A DNA stretch of 63,753 bases, filler included, from Octopus bimaculoides (GCF_001194135.2; 6 parts of 5 records of this genome joined end to end with filler, not necessarily neighbours in it), one strand, 5' to 3'. Positions 1 through 14,765 are shown, counted from the whole stretch's first letter. Numbers and translations: made by a program. Notes: generated from the sequence alone by a model not told the origin.

Positions 1-723
1 ATATATATACATACACATATATATACATATATACATATGCATATATATATGTGCATATATATATGCAGAGAGAAAAGGGGAGGATAAAAATGAGATTTAT
101 CTATATCTATATATTACATACATGGCTACATGTATATATAGCATATAATGAGTATTTATTATTGTGCACGCATAAAAATATGCGTTTATATATAGAAAAT
201 AAAGTGAAATGGTTCTCTCTATATACATCTATGCAAAAATAAACATAATGATCTACACAATTCCTTTCTTTTCTACTTCCATTTTCTCCCACTAGTATGA
301 GTTAGATGAATATATTATTGAGGTATTGCTTTATTGTTTTACAAACGGGTGCTGTTTCTGGTGCTAACTCATGGCTATTTTTTGAGGAAGCTATCTCTTA
401 TATCAGATGCCTATAAAAGCGCAAAGATAACAGATGAATTGTTGACTGATAAAATGTCCATAATGTCATTGCATATAGTGCATCCTTTTCCAAAGAAGTG
501 GAAATGCAAACAAACCAATATTCTCACACACATATGCACACATACATACTTACATACATACATGCATACATACATACATACACATACATACATGCACATA
601 CATACATATCCATATATATGTACATGCATGCACATACACATGCACAAACACACATGTACATCTATATAAATGACATGCTTCATTCAGTTTCCATCTACGA
701 CATTTGCACACATATAAATATAG

Positions 724-793
<70 letters not shown>

Positions 794-844
794 ATGTATA
801 TGTTTGTGTATTTATATGTATATGTTTGTGTATCGGTGTTTTTC

Positions 845-1033
845 CCGCCTGCCATTGCTTGACAACCAATACTGATGTGTTTACATCCCTGTAACTTAGC
901 AGTTCGGCAAAAGAAAACAATAGAATAAGTACTAGGCTTACAAACGAATAAGTCCTGGGGTCGATTTGTTCGACTAAAGGCAGTACTCCAGCATGGCTGC
1001 AGTGAAATGAGTGAAATAAATAAAAGAATAATA
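845..1033 (+). mobile_element. tRNA-derived SINE (family 'B' here), 3' body downstream of its internal microsatellite
   Basis: Matches the body seen in many window copies: ttgacaaccaatactgatgtgtttacatccctgtaacttagcagttcggcaaaag...cgactaaaggcagtactccagcatggctgcag...aaagaata. Confidence 0.8.
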
Positions 1034-1189
1034 GAATATATAAATGGAAATTAAATAAATTTATAATTGTACATTATGTTTTACACGTATGCCTGTTTAC
1101 ATTCATATATATATATATATATATANNNNNNNNNNNNNNNNNNNNNNNNNNNNNNNNATATATATGTATACACATATATATATATATAC

Positions 1190-1227
<38 letters not shown>

Positions 1228-1699
1228 AGGCATGCATACATACATACATTCACATACATATGTAAGTATGTATATGAAACCGTTTTAAAAAATAAAAAGT
1301 GGAGATATCACTTAATTCATAATGCATAGTTCTTATTTATCAGAATGCAGCCGATATTTCACTGTATTGTTTATCGAGTTTCCTGCCACATATATGAGAC
1401 ATCAACTGAATAGTTTCTCTTATTTCAGTCTGAGTTTTCCGATTTTGAGAAATCACCAGCTTATTAAAATCTATCAAACTCTTTCCTATAATCATTCTCC
1501 GGAAGAAATATCTTTAGTGCTGACAGAGTGACAATATCTCAAATCTTCTTTTCAGCAATTATATATGTTTTAATATCTGGATATTTTTCAGTTAAACAGA
1601 ATATCTTATTTTTTCACACCCTAATATTACAAGTTAGGAGACATGTTTAATTCCGTAGTAATGAATTATAACAGAGAGTTCTTATTTACATCTAAATAC

Positions 1700-3830
1700 C
1701 ACAATCTCTCAGCACCAATATTGTTAAAGTGGGTTATTATTCACTAAACTGTTGTGCCTCATAAATCTATAAGATGAACATCCAGATAGCCCTTGTCTGA
1801 ATATTAAATTTCAAGCAACAAATCCCTTAAGAAACTCACTTTGAGAATGGTGATTCTCTAATGCGTTGATATATAGAATAAGCATGGCATCCACAAATGC
1901 TACTGAGTTAATTATGCAGAGCTCATTACAAATAACTTTAATGGCTAAAACATACAACACACACACTGATCTAGTTCAAGACAAAGAGAGAATGCCATTT
2001 CTCTATCGAAATTTCAAAATTCAATTAAGTAATCAAAGAATTACTGACGCCAACATTTTCTCATAACAGAGAGTATTGTAGATATGTTATGTTCTGGTAT
2101 TCACTGTGTGAAAAGTCATTGTGTATAAACAATTAAGATGGTAAAAATCACACTGTCGTATTCTATCTCTACCAAGCACTGAACATCAATGGAAACTCTC
2201 TACAGCCCATTACTAGCAAAGATCTTGGGTAGCATGGATTTCCAGCTATTATGGGAATTACAGTTGTAGCACTCATCCAAAATATCCTTTGGGTAACTTG
2301 CTATGACACTCACTACATAGAACTGTATACCATGAGAAACAAATCAGATTTGCTTGCAGATGAGTAAACACTTATGCAAGGATCAAATATTAGTGGTAAT
2401 TGATTTAGGAAAAATTTACTTTTCTTGGTACTCCTATTTGTACAGCAAAAACGTTTTTGATCATCTTCATTTTGGTAGAAGTTCATTAAAAAACAGATAT
2501 ATTTTACAGAAACATCATGTTGCACTGTTGCAACTTTGCTCATGTATAGTAAGACCATACTGACCTTATACATGTTCATCTTTGCACACAATGGCAGTTC
2601 ATATGATTTTGGCAAAGAATCAGGCAAGGGAAGATCTGGAAATAAGCCAAACTGATACTATTGGGTGAGTAGATACTATCTCAAAGAGTTGCATTCAAGG
2701 CTCATGCTTGATTCTTAGAAGATCTTAAATGAAACACTGACATCATGGATAGAAGCACAATCTTGTTTTCTGGTGATTTTTAGACAAAATCAGTCAGTTA
2801 TTTCAAAGAATACTTCTGCATTTGAGTTGAGAGCATGTCTTGAAGAATTCTGTATTTGAAGAGGAGTGGAAAAACATCTTTCTACCAGCATGAAAGCTGC
2901 ATTTAATAGAAATGCATCATCTGGCCTAACTGCAAATAGTTTTACTTTGGTTGGTCAGCTATCAGTTGTCTCTGGGATAAACAATCATCAACACATCTCA
3001 GGATATACTACTGAAAGATTAAACCATTCTTTCACAGAATTACAGGAATCATGATTAGCTTTCTGAACACACCATCCTAGTTTTTAAAAATGATAATTGT
3101 GCATGATGCTATTAATGCTTCCTTCATTCAAGCACTACTAAACAAATTAGGATGGTATAAGTTGTTTGATACTCTTTCTAATGATAATGATGCTATCAAA
3201 TATACAATAGACTGTCTCTTTTCAACCCATTGGTGTATTGTTTTTATCACAGGACATGACTGAAGGTGTGTGCTCTCCTTATGTTACAACAAAATCTGGG
3301 TGCACCAAGACTCTGAGTGGAGTCATTAAAGTCTTGCTATCTGGTGATTTCAGGTAAATTCAACCAGTCTTTTCAAAAAGTACATTTGCTGATGAGTTGT
3401 GAATACGCCTCAAACAATTCTTTATTTGGAGATGAAAAGAAAGCTCTTTTTCTACCAGCATGAAAGCTGCACTTAATAGAGATATGTCAACAGCCCAGTT
3501 TTCAAAGAATTTTGTCAAAATTTCAGAACTCATGTCTCATGTGACTGAAGTCAGCATTATGACAATTTGTTTTATGGGAGGTGCTTTTATTCCATGTATT
3601 CCCATATCAGTGGTCATACAATTCCAGTTCAGTGATTTTTATATCAAGTAGTAGTTATTTTCTATAAGTAAATCTAATGGAAAATCGCTCAAAGTTGCTG
3701 AAACTTAACTGACAAGACCATGTTTCCCTCATGGTCAGCTCTATGTTGCATTCTCATAGGATAGAGAAAGAATACATTGTTTCTTCAGGACATTAAACTG
3801 TAGAACCAGAAATGTTGTCTCCCCACAGCT
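1700..3830 (+). mobile_element. Decayed Helitron Rep/PIF1-helicase coding remnant
   Basis: Broken translations give PIF1 motifs in Helitron order: Walker A-like 'GTPICTAKTFLII' (~2428), motif III 'STILFSGDF/RQNQSVISKNTSAFELRACL' (~2753), 'FIPCIP', 'SKSNGKSLKVA', 'PCFPHGQLYVAFS' (~3717) and 'TRNVVSPQLL'. Many stops and frameshifts. Confidence 0.75.
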
Positions 3831-4302
3831 CTTAATGAATAAAATGTCTTGCTGTTAAAATTGCTTCTGTCACATGTGTTTTATATCAATTTCGTATTAC
3901 AAGGAAATGTAGCGAAATGTTAACAGGGTATTTTCACACCTTTTACCATATGAGAGATATTTTCTACTCAGTAACTGCAGTGTATTTGCCTTTAGCAGAT
4001 GAAATATGTCATAAACATATTTCAACTAATTTAAATTTTACAAGGAAATATGTAAGATAAGATATAAAGACAGTAATTTTTGAAGCCATAAAATAAACAT
4101 TACCCATAAACACAGTCTTGAAAGCTTCGTGTGTCATAGAAGTCTGAAAAAAATCAGCTTTAGACATGTATCTGTATAACAATAAAGACTTAAATATTTT
4201 CAAATAAAATTACATAAAAATCACATAAAAACTTGCATTAAATTAAATAAAAAAAATGTTTCTGCTTCTTTTGGATCTAGGCTATATAGCTTGTTTCAGT
4301 TA

Positions 4303-4333
<31 letters not shown>

Positions 4334-6334
4334 ATATTTATGATATATATATATATATATATATATATGCATATGTCTATATATATAATACACACACACA
4401 CTCACACACGCACATGTTTGTATATATGTGTGTTATGTATTTATATGTCTGTCTGTATGTGTATGTCTGTATACACATATACAGAGAGCAGAGCATTAGA
4501 GCTGTGTGTTGCGTCTGTCTATGAAATTCCACTGAAGTGGCATTGTTCAACCAATGCTATGGCAAAACGCACTTGATCAATGTAACAGCAAAACTTATAA
4601 AAATATTTTTGGCAGCGATGGAGAACCAATGAAGATGTCAGAACTATGATGTCATTGACATGCATGAAATGTTCCGTATTCTACACCGTCATAGATGTAT
4701 TCAAGCAGAGCTGATGACAAGAGCTAATGAGTAATAAACAATATTAATGAATGCATAATTATTTTGATGAATCTTCAATGATCATCTGTCCTGTCTCTTT
4801 ACTGCTCTGTTACTATGCAACTGTTGTTTTTGCTGTTCTTTTGTACCAACCAGCAGAGATCAAGCAAATCATTCTGTACATTTTTTTTCTTTTTAGATAT
4901 AGTGTATCAAAGACTACATTATCTAATCTCTCACATCACTTCTTTCAAAGACACAGTGTAATTTAAGTGACCTGGCTACTGCTTGCAAATTAAATGTCTG
5001 TGTAGAGGTTTCTTCATTGCCTTGTTGAGGTTTATGGTTGTTTATCTTCAGGTGAGCTTTAGCTATGAATTCCTATGACCAAAGGCAATCCAGCTTTGAT
5101 CTTTTATATTTTGATAATTACATTATCCAATATGTTCTGTCTTTTATTTAAGAAGCTGTTATTTCAAGGAGATTTGGTTGCTATTTTTAGTAATTTATAT
5201 CACCATGTAAAATCTCCCTTGTTGTTTCATTGGGATTATATGATACTGTTGGCTGTATTTGTTACTGATAGTGTTGTTGTTGTCCTTTAGCTCAGATCAG
5301 TTCTGACTGAGCAGGCCTTTGATCAAAGGTGCTCTAGCAATATACATCTAGTGAATTTATTTCAGCCATAATATATCAAACACAACATTATCCATTGTGT
5401 ACATCCTTTGGGCATATGTAATTCGATTGGGATTTCACTGCTGCTTTTCACAGGCCAAGTGACTATGTAAGGGCTTCTAAATTGATTTATCCATTGCTAA
5501 ATAAATCGGAACAATAATATTCCATGTCTAACACGTAACCTATTACGCTGCCAAGGATGAGATATAGAGTCATGACACTTCAGCTTAGAGAATAATGTCT
5601 ATGTCATGTGGTCCTTTCTGTTCCTTAGTAATTTCACTACAAAGGGTGAGTACATGACTAGGTGAGTCGGACGAGGTCAGGATTTTATATAAATTTGCCC
5701 GATATCAATATAGAGAAAGTTACAATAATTGATTTTAGTTTGAAAGTGGTTGTGAACAGACAGGAACCCTCCTTTTTGATGATTAGATAAACCTTCTCCA
5801 TTTAGTAACCTTCTTGGATCATGCAGATGGCAAATTTCAGAAAAAGGTAATCCATTTAATCAACCCAATGTTTGATTGCTTCTTATTTTCCTGACTTCAT
5901 AAAGATAAAGGGGCAAGCTATCCTCTACAGGACAGGAACTCATAATGGAAAGGGTTACGATGAAATGACACAATGCACTTTTCTTGTATGTTTCTGATTC
6001 TACTGTTCCCTATCCTTTAAGATGCAAATAACTTTATTGTAATTCTAGGGAGAGTTTATGCACAGATACACAAAATCTCACACAGATACACACAAACACA
6101 CACAGGCAAATAGCTTCTTCTACACAGTTTCTGTCTATAAAATTCACTCACAAACTATTGGTCTGCTCATGGCTGTGCAATGGGAATGAACTGCAAACCA
6201 TGTTGCTACAAAATGTATTTCCTAACTATACAGCTATGCCTAAACACACACACACACACAGACACAGACACACACAACACACACAGACACACACAGACAC
6301 ACACAGACACACGTATATATGTGGTTAATTCAAA

Positions 6335-6535
6335 TAAACAATCAATTCAAATAAACAAATAGAGTTAATGAACAACAAGGAGGACATGCACAAGGAATAT
6401 ATTAGCTTGATGCTCGGTAAAAGGAGGTGGGGGGTTCGACGTTTTGAGCATAGTTCTTCATTGGAAAGGACAAAGGAAAAGTCCAAAGAAGGAAAAGAAA
6501 TCACCAACAGCACATGTGTAGTTACATTGCTGAAA
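6335..6535 (-). repeat. ~200-bp dispersed repeat carrying a degenerate hammerhead-like core
   Basis: Similar to 27010-27180(+) and 28270-28460(-). Minus strand reads aatgaagaactatgctcaaaacgtc. Confidence 0.5.
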
Positions 6536-6859
6536 GGTATGTGTGTCTGTGTATGTGTGTGTATGTGTGTGTGTGTGTGTATACATAAATATAAACACAC
6601 CCATAAGTACACAAATATACACTCATTACCTCCCTCTCCATCTACCACTGCAATCTTGTGAACTCACCTGCTCACCCCCTCCAATCCCTGGTCCACTCAC
6701 TGCCACCACTATCCTCTCTCTCTTTTTTTCTCTCTGTCTCTCTCTCTTTCACTCTCCCCTCTTAACCTACATGAGGCAGACATGTTTCCCCTTTCTAATA
6801 CAAGACTCCTTTTACTGTCCCTCAACACCCACTTGACAGCTGATGGATTTTGTCTTGCA

Positions 6860-7050
6860 AGTTAATCAGGGATCTCGCTGCTGCTGGTGCCGCACAAAAA
6901 AGAAAAGAAACCCACTCAGTAAACTCTGTAAAGTGGTTGGCATCAGGATAGAAACTATGCCAAGCAGACAGAAAGGGATTAGCACAGTGTTCTGACTTGC
7001 CAGTTCTGGGTGGAACCTTCTGACCCATGCCAACATGAAAAACAGATGAT
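6860..7050 (+). mobile_element. SINE 3' end terminating in (GAT)n
   Basis: gtggttggcatcaggatagaaactatgcc...tgacccatgccaacatgaaaaacagatgatgat. A related end lies on the minus strand at ~9320-9440. Confidence 0.55.
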
Positions 7051-7088
7051 GATGATGATGATGATGATGATAATGGTAACGATTATTG

Positions 7089-7153
<65 letters not shown>

Positions 7154-7181
7154 GTGATGATGCTGATGGTGATGACGGTAC

Positions 7182-7213
<32 letters not shown>

Positions 7214-7377
7214 ATGATAATGATGGTGGTGGTGAAGATGATGATGATGGTGATGATGATGATGGTGATGGTGATGACGACGACGATGATGATGACAGCA
7301 ACGATGATGATGATGATAATGGTGGTGATGATGGTGATGGTGCTTCTGCTGCTGCTGATGATGATGACGGTGGTGAA

Positions 7378-7418
<41 letters not shown>

Positions 7419-7420
7419 CA
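7045..7420. repeat. Compound trinucleotide repeat (GAT)n with GGT/GCT/GAC variant blocks
   Basis: Read directly; period 3 is kept across ~375 bp. Confidence 0.95.
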
Positions 7421-8269
7421 GCTTTATAAAACTTCCTTCGAAATATTCACACACTTAACATATGTATATATGCATATGTCTGTTTCAGCAAAAGTTTTTG
7501 CAATGGGGCTTGAGTCTGTGTGCTCTGATAGATTACAACATAAACACTTTGGACATAAGCAAATTCTGTTTCACACCATTGACTTTAAAATGATTAACTT
7601 TGTGGCATCACAAATGTAGGAAAGAAAGTAGAAACAAAATTGTCCAGTCATAGATAAACTAGAGTTAACGTTAATTCAGACACCTCTAAAATATTAATTC
7701 TGTGAATTAAACCTCATTATCTTTTATTGCTTCCTGGAATAAATTTCACCATCAGTGAAATTCCCCTTGAGATCAACCATTATTAGTTTTATGTGTATGC
7801 GTTTTGTTGTTTAAAATTTTCACAGTGTCATATATATATATAAATCTTCATTATATTAATTACACAATTATAAACATTATATGGTTCAGGATTAGAATAA
7901 TATATTTTTCTCTTTTTGTTGTGGAAAAAAAAAAAAATAATAATATTGTTTTACTTAGGTGAAGTTGTCAGCATATATCACTAACATAATTAATTTAGCT
8001 ACCAATATTATATTAATAGTAATAATCATTTACAGTTATATAACTATTTGAATTATTGTAACGGTTTGTAACAGTAATGGCTATTTTGTCAAAAAAATTG
8101 TTGATGGCATACATAAAAATCTTTTGTGTGAGTATATGCATGTATATATATATATATATGTATGTATTATGTTTGTATGTATTATGTTTGTATGTATTAT
8201 GTATGTATGTATGTATGTATGTATGTATGTATGTATGTATATATGTATGTATGTATGAATGTATGTATG

Positions 8270-8745
8270 CATTATTCAGTTTTGTTTCAAGATTTCTTGC
8301 CAATTGAGAAAGAGCCAGTTTCTAACCTAGATCCAAGATTCCTTCATTGGAATTGAAACAACATCAACAAGATAGGTTTTCTATGTATGTATTTATGTAT
8401 ATGTGCATATGTGCAGATTTGTATGCTTTATTTTATGTATGTATTCTCGTGCATATTGTTGCATGTTTAGACATGATCATATATACTTAACAATAAACTT
8501 CTGGAAAGTTTTACAGACTTTTACAGTTCCAGTGATGGTTTGGATAGGTAGTCTTCAAACCAGCTTTCTCCATTCTAGTTTTGAGAAGCCTAATTTCTCA
8601 AGATTGATATTTAGGTAGTGTGTTACATATCCCAGTGACCCAGTAATTACAGGTGTAAATCTGAACTTGTAATCTGGATAGAGTAGCTGTAGATTCCTTA
8701 ATAGTTCAGCATAAGTATTTTCCTTTTCGCTGATGTTTAGCTTTA
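8270..8745 (-). mobile_element. R4/Dong-like non-LTR retrotransposon 3' end (restriction-like endonuclease C-terminus + 3' UTR)
   Basis: Minus translation IKLNISEKENTYAELLRNLQLLYPDYKFRFTPVITGSLGYVTHYL...TVKVCKTFQKFIV. Nucleotide similarity to 59085-59540, including the 3' UTR. Confidence 0.75.
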
Positions 8746-8786
8746 TAGATCTATCTGTCAGTTTGTCTGTCTGTCTGTCTATCTAT

Positions 8787-8854
<68 letters not shown>

Positions 8855-9273
8855 NNNNNNNNNNNNNNNNNNNNNNNNNNNNNNNNNNNNNNNNNNNNNN
8901 NNNNNNNNNNNNNNNNNNNNNNNNNNNNNNNNNNNNNNNNNNNNNNNNNNNNNNNNNNNNNNNNNNNNNNNNNNNNNNNNNNNNNNNNNNNNNNNNNNNN
9001 NNNNNNNNNNNNNNNNNNNNNNNNNNNNNNNNNNNNNNNNNNNNNNNNNNNNNNNNNNNNNNNNNNNNNNNNNNNNNNNNNNNNNNNNNNNNNNNNNNNN
9101 NNNNNNNNNNNNNNNNNNNNNNNNNNNNNNNNNNNNNNNNNNNNNNNNNNNNNNNNNNNNNNNNNNNNNNNNNNNNNNNNNNNNNNNNNNNNNNNNNNNN
9201 NNNNNNNNNNNNNNNNNNNNNNNNNNNNNNNNNNNNNNNNNNNNNNNNNNNNNNNNNNNNNNNNNNNNNNNNN

Positions 9274-9314
<41 letters not shown>

Positions 9315-9489
9315 ATATATTATCATCATCATCCTAATCCTTTTAATGTCCACTTTCCAATGCTTGCATGGCTTGGACAGAATTCATTGGGGCAGATTTT
9401 CTATGGCTGGAGGCATTTCTTGTCAACCCTGACCAGTTTCCATTTAAGGTAATATTTCTCTAGCAATATTTAGTGTTTGCCTTAAGAAG

Positions 9490-9870
9490 ACATGTTCTTT
9501 AACCTCTTCAATTTCACTACTTCCCACTTCTGTTCAGCATTGTGCTACCTCTGCAGACCACATCTATTTCTTTTTTTCATGCAGTTCCTTTTAAGGCTAA
9601 TTGCTAAGCTATGGGTATCTAGGTCTGTGAGCATTATCTGTGTCTGATCTATGATTTCATGGATGAGTACAGAGTCATCTGTGAAGCAGAGTTCTGTTAA
9701 TAGCTTGCTGTTGATGTTCACGTCGTCTTCCCAGTGAATGTCTCTGATGACCTCTCCTAAATATGTGGTCAAGAGCTCATAGAGATGGTAACTGCTAGTT
9801 TGATGCCCTTCTCAATTGAGATGCTTATAGGTGGTGAGAACTGGATGTGACATCTTGAAGGAGAAAGAGC
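9490..9870 (-). mobile_element. RTE-clade LINE reverse-transcriptase fragment
   Basis: 'YLGEVIRDIHWEDDVNINSKLLTELCFTDDSVL' matches the RTE LEEVFR.L.WE...L.FADD region, degenerate. Confidence 0.65.
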
Positions 9871-10199
9871 TGCATATCAGTAACTTGGCACTTAATTTAT
9901 AACTATATACCCAATACTGAGGGCATATGGTCTAGTGGTTATGGCGCTGCCATCATTGTCGTGGACTGGTTGGTGCATTCTATTCTTGAGCAAAACATTT
10001 TATTTGACAGTACTCTGTGGTCATTTTGACATCTGCTGTGTGGCTCACCATACACCTGTATGGCGATTTGATGGAGGGAGTGTGTTAATGTACAGCATAT
10101 ACATTTCATCATCATAAACAAACCATTCATGCAGTTTCTCCAACAAGAAACTGCAGAACTGCATTTCTTGGACTATGAGAGACTACTGCAATAGAACCA

Positions 10200-10640
<441 letters not shown>

Positions 10641-11447
10641 ATTTGGTTTAGGCAATATAGAGTCAGGTGGTAATTATGTTGTGTAAGCTGTGTAGTAGTA
10701 TTGGGTGGTAATTACGTAGAGGTTGTGTTGTGTTTATGTGTTGTATTCTTTCATGGCAATCATGAAGAATATGAGTTGTGAGTAGGAAGTTCTCTCGTAT
10801 CGGGTGCTGAATATGTAAGTATGTGGAGCAATATTTTATTGGGTGGTGATTATATAGAATATATATGTCAGGTATTGAATATGTATATACGTACATGTCA
10901 CATTATTTCATTGGGTGGTGATGATGTAGAATATATACACATTGTGTGAGTTGTGAAGAAATTTGTGCAGCGTGAGCTGTGCTTTATTACTATTGGTTTC
11001 AGGCTTTTCGTTATTATTCAGGATGAAAATGATAATGGCCTTTATAGAAATGGGGAAGCTGTTGATAATGACAATGATGATATTAATTTAATTTCTTTTT
11101 CTTTATTTTTGTAACTGTTTATATATTTTGGTTACCATAACCCACAAAATGTTTTGATCCGTATTTAGAGGAAAGAAACCGGAAGTTTGTTCTACATATG
11201 CAGGTGGCATCTTCAGAAAATTGACTTTCATTTAGAACTAAACTCTAATAGAAGCACATACGTATATATATTATGAATATATGAAATAGTTATACAGTTT
11301 TAGATCATGCTTTGTATGTGTACAGTCAGTTGTATATATTTTTGTATATGAACATGCGTGCGCATTTTACCACATATTCTTGTTCATATATACCTGCTAA
11401 CATCTTAATAAGTATATACATACATTCTTACAATTACTTACACACAA

Positions 11448-11483
<36 letters not shown>

Positions 11484-11563
11484 ACACATACACACACACA
11501 TACACACACACACACATATATGTATGTACATACATTCATAAATATATGTGTGTGTGTCTGTGA

Positions 11564-11655
<92 letters not shown>

Positions 11656-13449
11656 GATAGATTTATATATAATTATGCATAATTATACGCACAATCATAT
11701 ATATACATATAGTGTACACATAAACATATACAAACATTTAATTTATCCTTTATATCTGTTGATTTTATATTTAAGATCAGAAAAAAATACAGCCACGTTA
11801 CTTCAAAGAAATTTTAATAATGGTTAAAATGGATTGAACTTCCTTCCTCCTTTTCAGAACTGTTTCCAAGTGAAACACTATAAAAAGATATTTTGTGTAA
11901 TTGATGCAAACAGAGTTTAGCAACTTGATGTTGGGAACATATGTTTGTGTGTGTACATGTGTCCACACAAACACACACATACACACACGTACATATACTT
12001 ATATATATGTATATATATGTGTTTATATACACGCACACATATTTACATAGAAATGAATGTGAATACTTATATGAATATATTTATGTGAAAAGATGTGTGT
12101 GTGTGTGTGTGTGTGGTATAAGCAAATTTGGATACCATTTTGTGTTTGTGAGGGGTGGGGTGCACAAGCACGTGTATTTGTATAATATTTTCCTATCATT
12201 AAAAGTATAAAGGCTTTCGTATTACCAATTATGTATTAGAAACACGCTCTCCGAAAAATCTAAATATATATATTTACACCCGATAGGAAACTATATTCTT
12301 TGTGAAATATTTGCTTTCATTACCCTGTAGCATCATAAACAATAAATATTGTGGCTAAATTGTTCAGAAGTTTTGTGAGTGAAAATTACTGCTCAAAGGC
12401 ATCTCCGATTTATGGTATGGTGAATGGTGGCAGTGTTCTGTAAAGGTAAACAGTAGCAGAACAAACAACTACTTATTGAGGAATTGTTCTAGTATTTAAA
12501 GTGAATGGCTATAATGTGTTACGTTTGTGGGGTTTTTCATATGTTTTCATTAGATTTATTATAGATACGAAAAATTTATATTTTAAAATTGTTCACTTAT
12601 CTTTTGTAGCAATAAAACTTTGTGATCCAAGTTTCAAATCTATATGACTATATGACTATGAAATAAGTAAAAGAAACAAAACTTTATTGAATTAAAAGTA
12701 AAATAAATCGAATTGTTAGTCTGTATGTAATGTAGGTATGTAGTAGAAATTGATATTCCTGGTAGAGTTCACCCACTTCAAATCACTTCTTTAGTAATAA
12801 ATGAATTCAGTAATGTAAGCTACCAAAACTCACATGTTAATTAATTAATGTTTTCCAGTTAGTTTATTTAGTAGAAGACTATACCTATTGCCTTCAAAAT
12901 CCCTCTAAGGTTAGTGAGACAAATTCTATTAGCAATCTTCTTTTACAGGTGCAGGTTGATGAGCACTGGGGTTAATATGCTGGGAGAGAAATCTGGAGGA
13001 TTTAGTAATGCAACAATCAGATGTAGTGGTTAGTACAAGGTGCAACAAGATTCTCTTGATGATAATAGTGTCGTGTTTTTGTTCCTTCTAACTAAAACTT
13101 TTCTCTTTGCAAGGTTTATTTTTCTTGAATCTATGCATTGTTTCTAGGTTTTAAATTTTTTTCTCTACTTCTTGGACATATTCAGCTGTGGGAATTAAGA
13201 CATCACCATGCAGAAATTCCCGTGGACAGATGGGTTTTAATTCCTTTGTGTTGGCTTGAAGGACTATGATAAAGAGGTAGGCAGTGGAAAACTGAGTCCT
13301 GATGGACACCAACTTGCATGCTAGATTCCTCACTGAACTCATTGCCCGCACTTTGCTGAATGCATCTCAAAGTTCATTCCTGTCCACCTAATTTTCTAAT
13401 TGGTTTTCAGACTACAGATGTAGTGGTTACAAGTGTAGTGGTTAAGAGT

Positions 13450-14725
13450 GCAGGCTACTAAGACAAAGTGGTGTCCCAATCAGTTTGACCTGGGTTGGTA
13501 TAAGTTTCAATCACAAAGTTACATGTTATACCCTCTAGGATCTTTGTAACACATCACTGCATATCTTCTGTATCTTTGGCTTAAGAATAAAGTCTTCACT
13601 CTTTTAGCTTCTCTGAGTTGTGTATCTGTTACACTGAGGCAACCTTCTTTATGCAGTAGTGTGGATTGCTTCAACCACTGATTGTATGTTGCTATGTGGT
13701 AACTGAAGACAAAAGTTCACTATAGAATCAACATGGTTCCCTTTCTCCTTGTTCTGAAAGAGCTCAGAATTCTAAACAGCCATTCACCTGCACATTATCA
13801 CCATCTTAATAATATGCATATGGAATGATTTATTATTACTCATGTAATTTCTTTGGTTACTCACCAACTGTAATATCAGGATTACTATACCTACCAGCCC
13901 TATGTATTCTAATTGCAATATGCTTGTGGACTAAGGCGGTGAAATGGCAGAAACGTTAGCACGCCGGGCTAAATGCTTATAGGTATTTCGTCTGCCATTA
14001 CGTTCTGAGTTCAAATTCCGCCGAGGTTGTCTTTGCCTTTCAGGGTCAATAAATTAAGTACTAGTTACACACTGGGGTCGATGTAATCGACTTAATCCCT
14101 TTGTCTGTCTTTGTTTGTCCCCTCTATGTTTAGCCCCTTGTGGGCAATAAAGGAATAAAAAAACGTTAGCATGCCAGGCAAAATGCTTAGTGGTATTTCA
14201 TCTGCGTTTACAATCTGAGTTCAAATTCCGCTGAGGTTGACCTTGCTTTTCATCCTTTTGGGATCGATAAATTAAGTACCAGTTACATATTGGGGTCGAT
14301 CTAATCAACGGGCCCCCTCCCCCAAAATTTCGAGCTTTGTACCTAGAGAAGAAAAGAATATACTTGTGGGCTGAAGGCAGAGCACCTGATATTTTTTCAC
14401 CATTGAACAGCATATTGTTTTCTTTAGCATAATTGTATATTATGTTCAGATCTTTCTGTTGTTTTGTGTTACTGTCAGGGCTCTTGACTGTCTGTGATTC
14501 TTATGTATTGTCAGCATATTCGGTGAAAGTGGCTGACTGTATGAATGAGAGTATGTCTGAGAAAGCCACCACAAACAGTTGTGATCCCAATTACAGTTCC
14601 ACGAGGAACTCTACTTAGAATTGAAGTACCTTTTGAGGGAGCACCATTAGTTGTGAATAATTCCCACCTTGTAAAAAGTAATGCAGCCACTCCTTTAGTT
14701 TTCCAAATCTATCAATGTCTGCCTT
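13450..14725 (-). mobile_element. CR1-clade LINE RT / 3' fragment, interrupted by two SINEs
   Basis: Minus translation 'ILSRVPRGTVIG...ATFTEYADNT' (SGVPQGTVLGP...YADD), 'NMLFNGEK', then after the SINEs degenerate ILRTF, LYSL and 'KILEG...NFVIETYTNPR' matches. Confidence 0.75.
13933..14356 (+). mobile_element. Two tandem tRNA-derived SINEs (family 'A' here)
   Basis: aaggcggtgaaatggcagaaacgttagcacgccgggc...gttctgagttcaaattccgccgaggt... The second copy restarts at ~14161 (aaacgttagcatgccaggc). Confidence 0.85.
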
Positions 14726-14734
14726 TCTGTCTAC

Positions 14735-14765
<31 letters not shown>

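Noticed and set aside
51-1288. HT/YI/CV/MY-rich ORFs here and throughout the ORF track
   Set aside because: Translations of (CA)n, (TA)n and (ATAC)n microsatellites or N gaps; no coding signal
4590-4735. Possible exon: 'YDVIDMHEMFRILHRHR' (+) or 'LLEYIYDG' (-)
   Set aside because: Only a faint resemblance to SGNH/PC-esterase or BTB motifs; in-frame stops nearby and no consistent splice sites
7010-7454. Poly-Met/Val/Leu (+) and poly-Ser (-) ORFs
   Set aside because: Frames of a (GAT)n repeat arising from a SINE tail
11177-11186. ETS-type CCGGAAGT motif as a promoter
   Set aside because: Single short motif with no linked gene
12400-13470. Apparent spliced transcript (donor ~12447, acceptors ~12948 and ~13411)
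   Set aside because: Tiny ORFs; the third 'exon' is a SINE-head remnant (gtagtggttaagagtgcaggctac) overlapping the CR1 3' end
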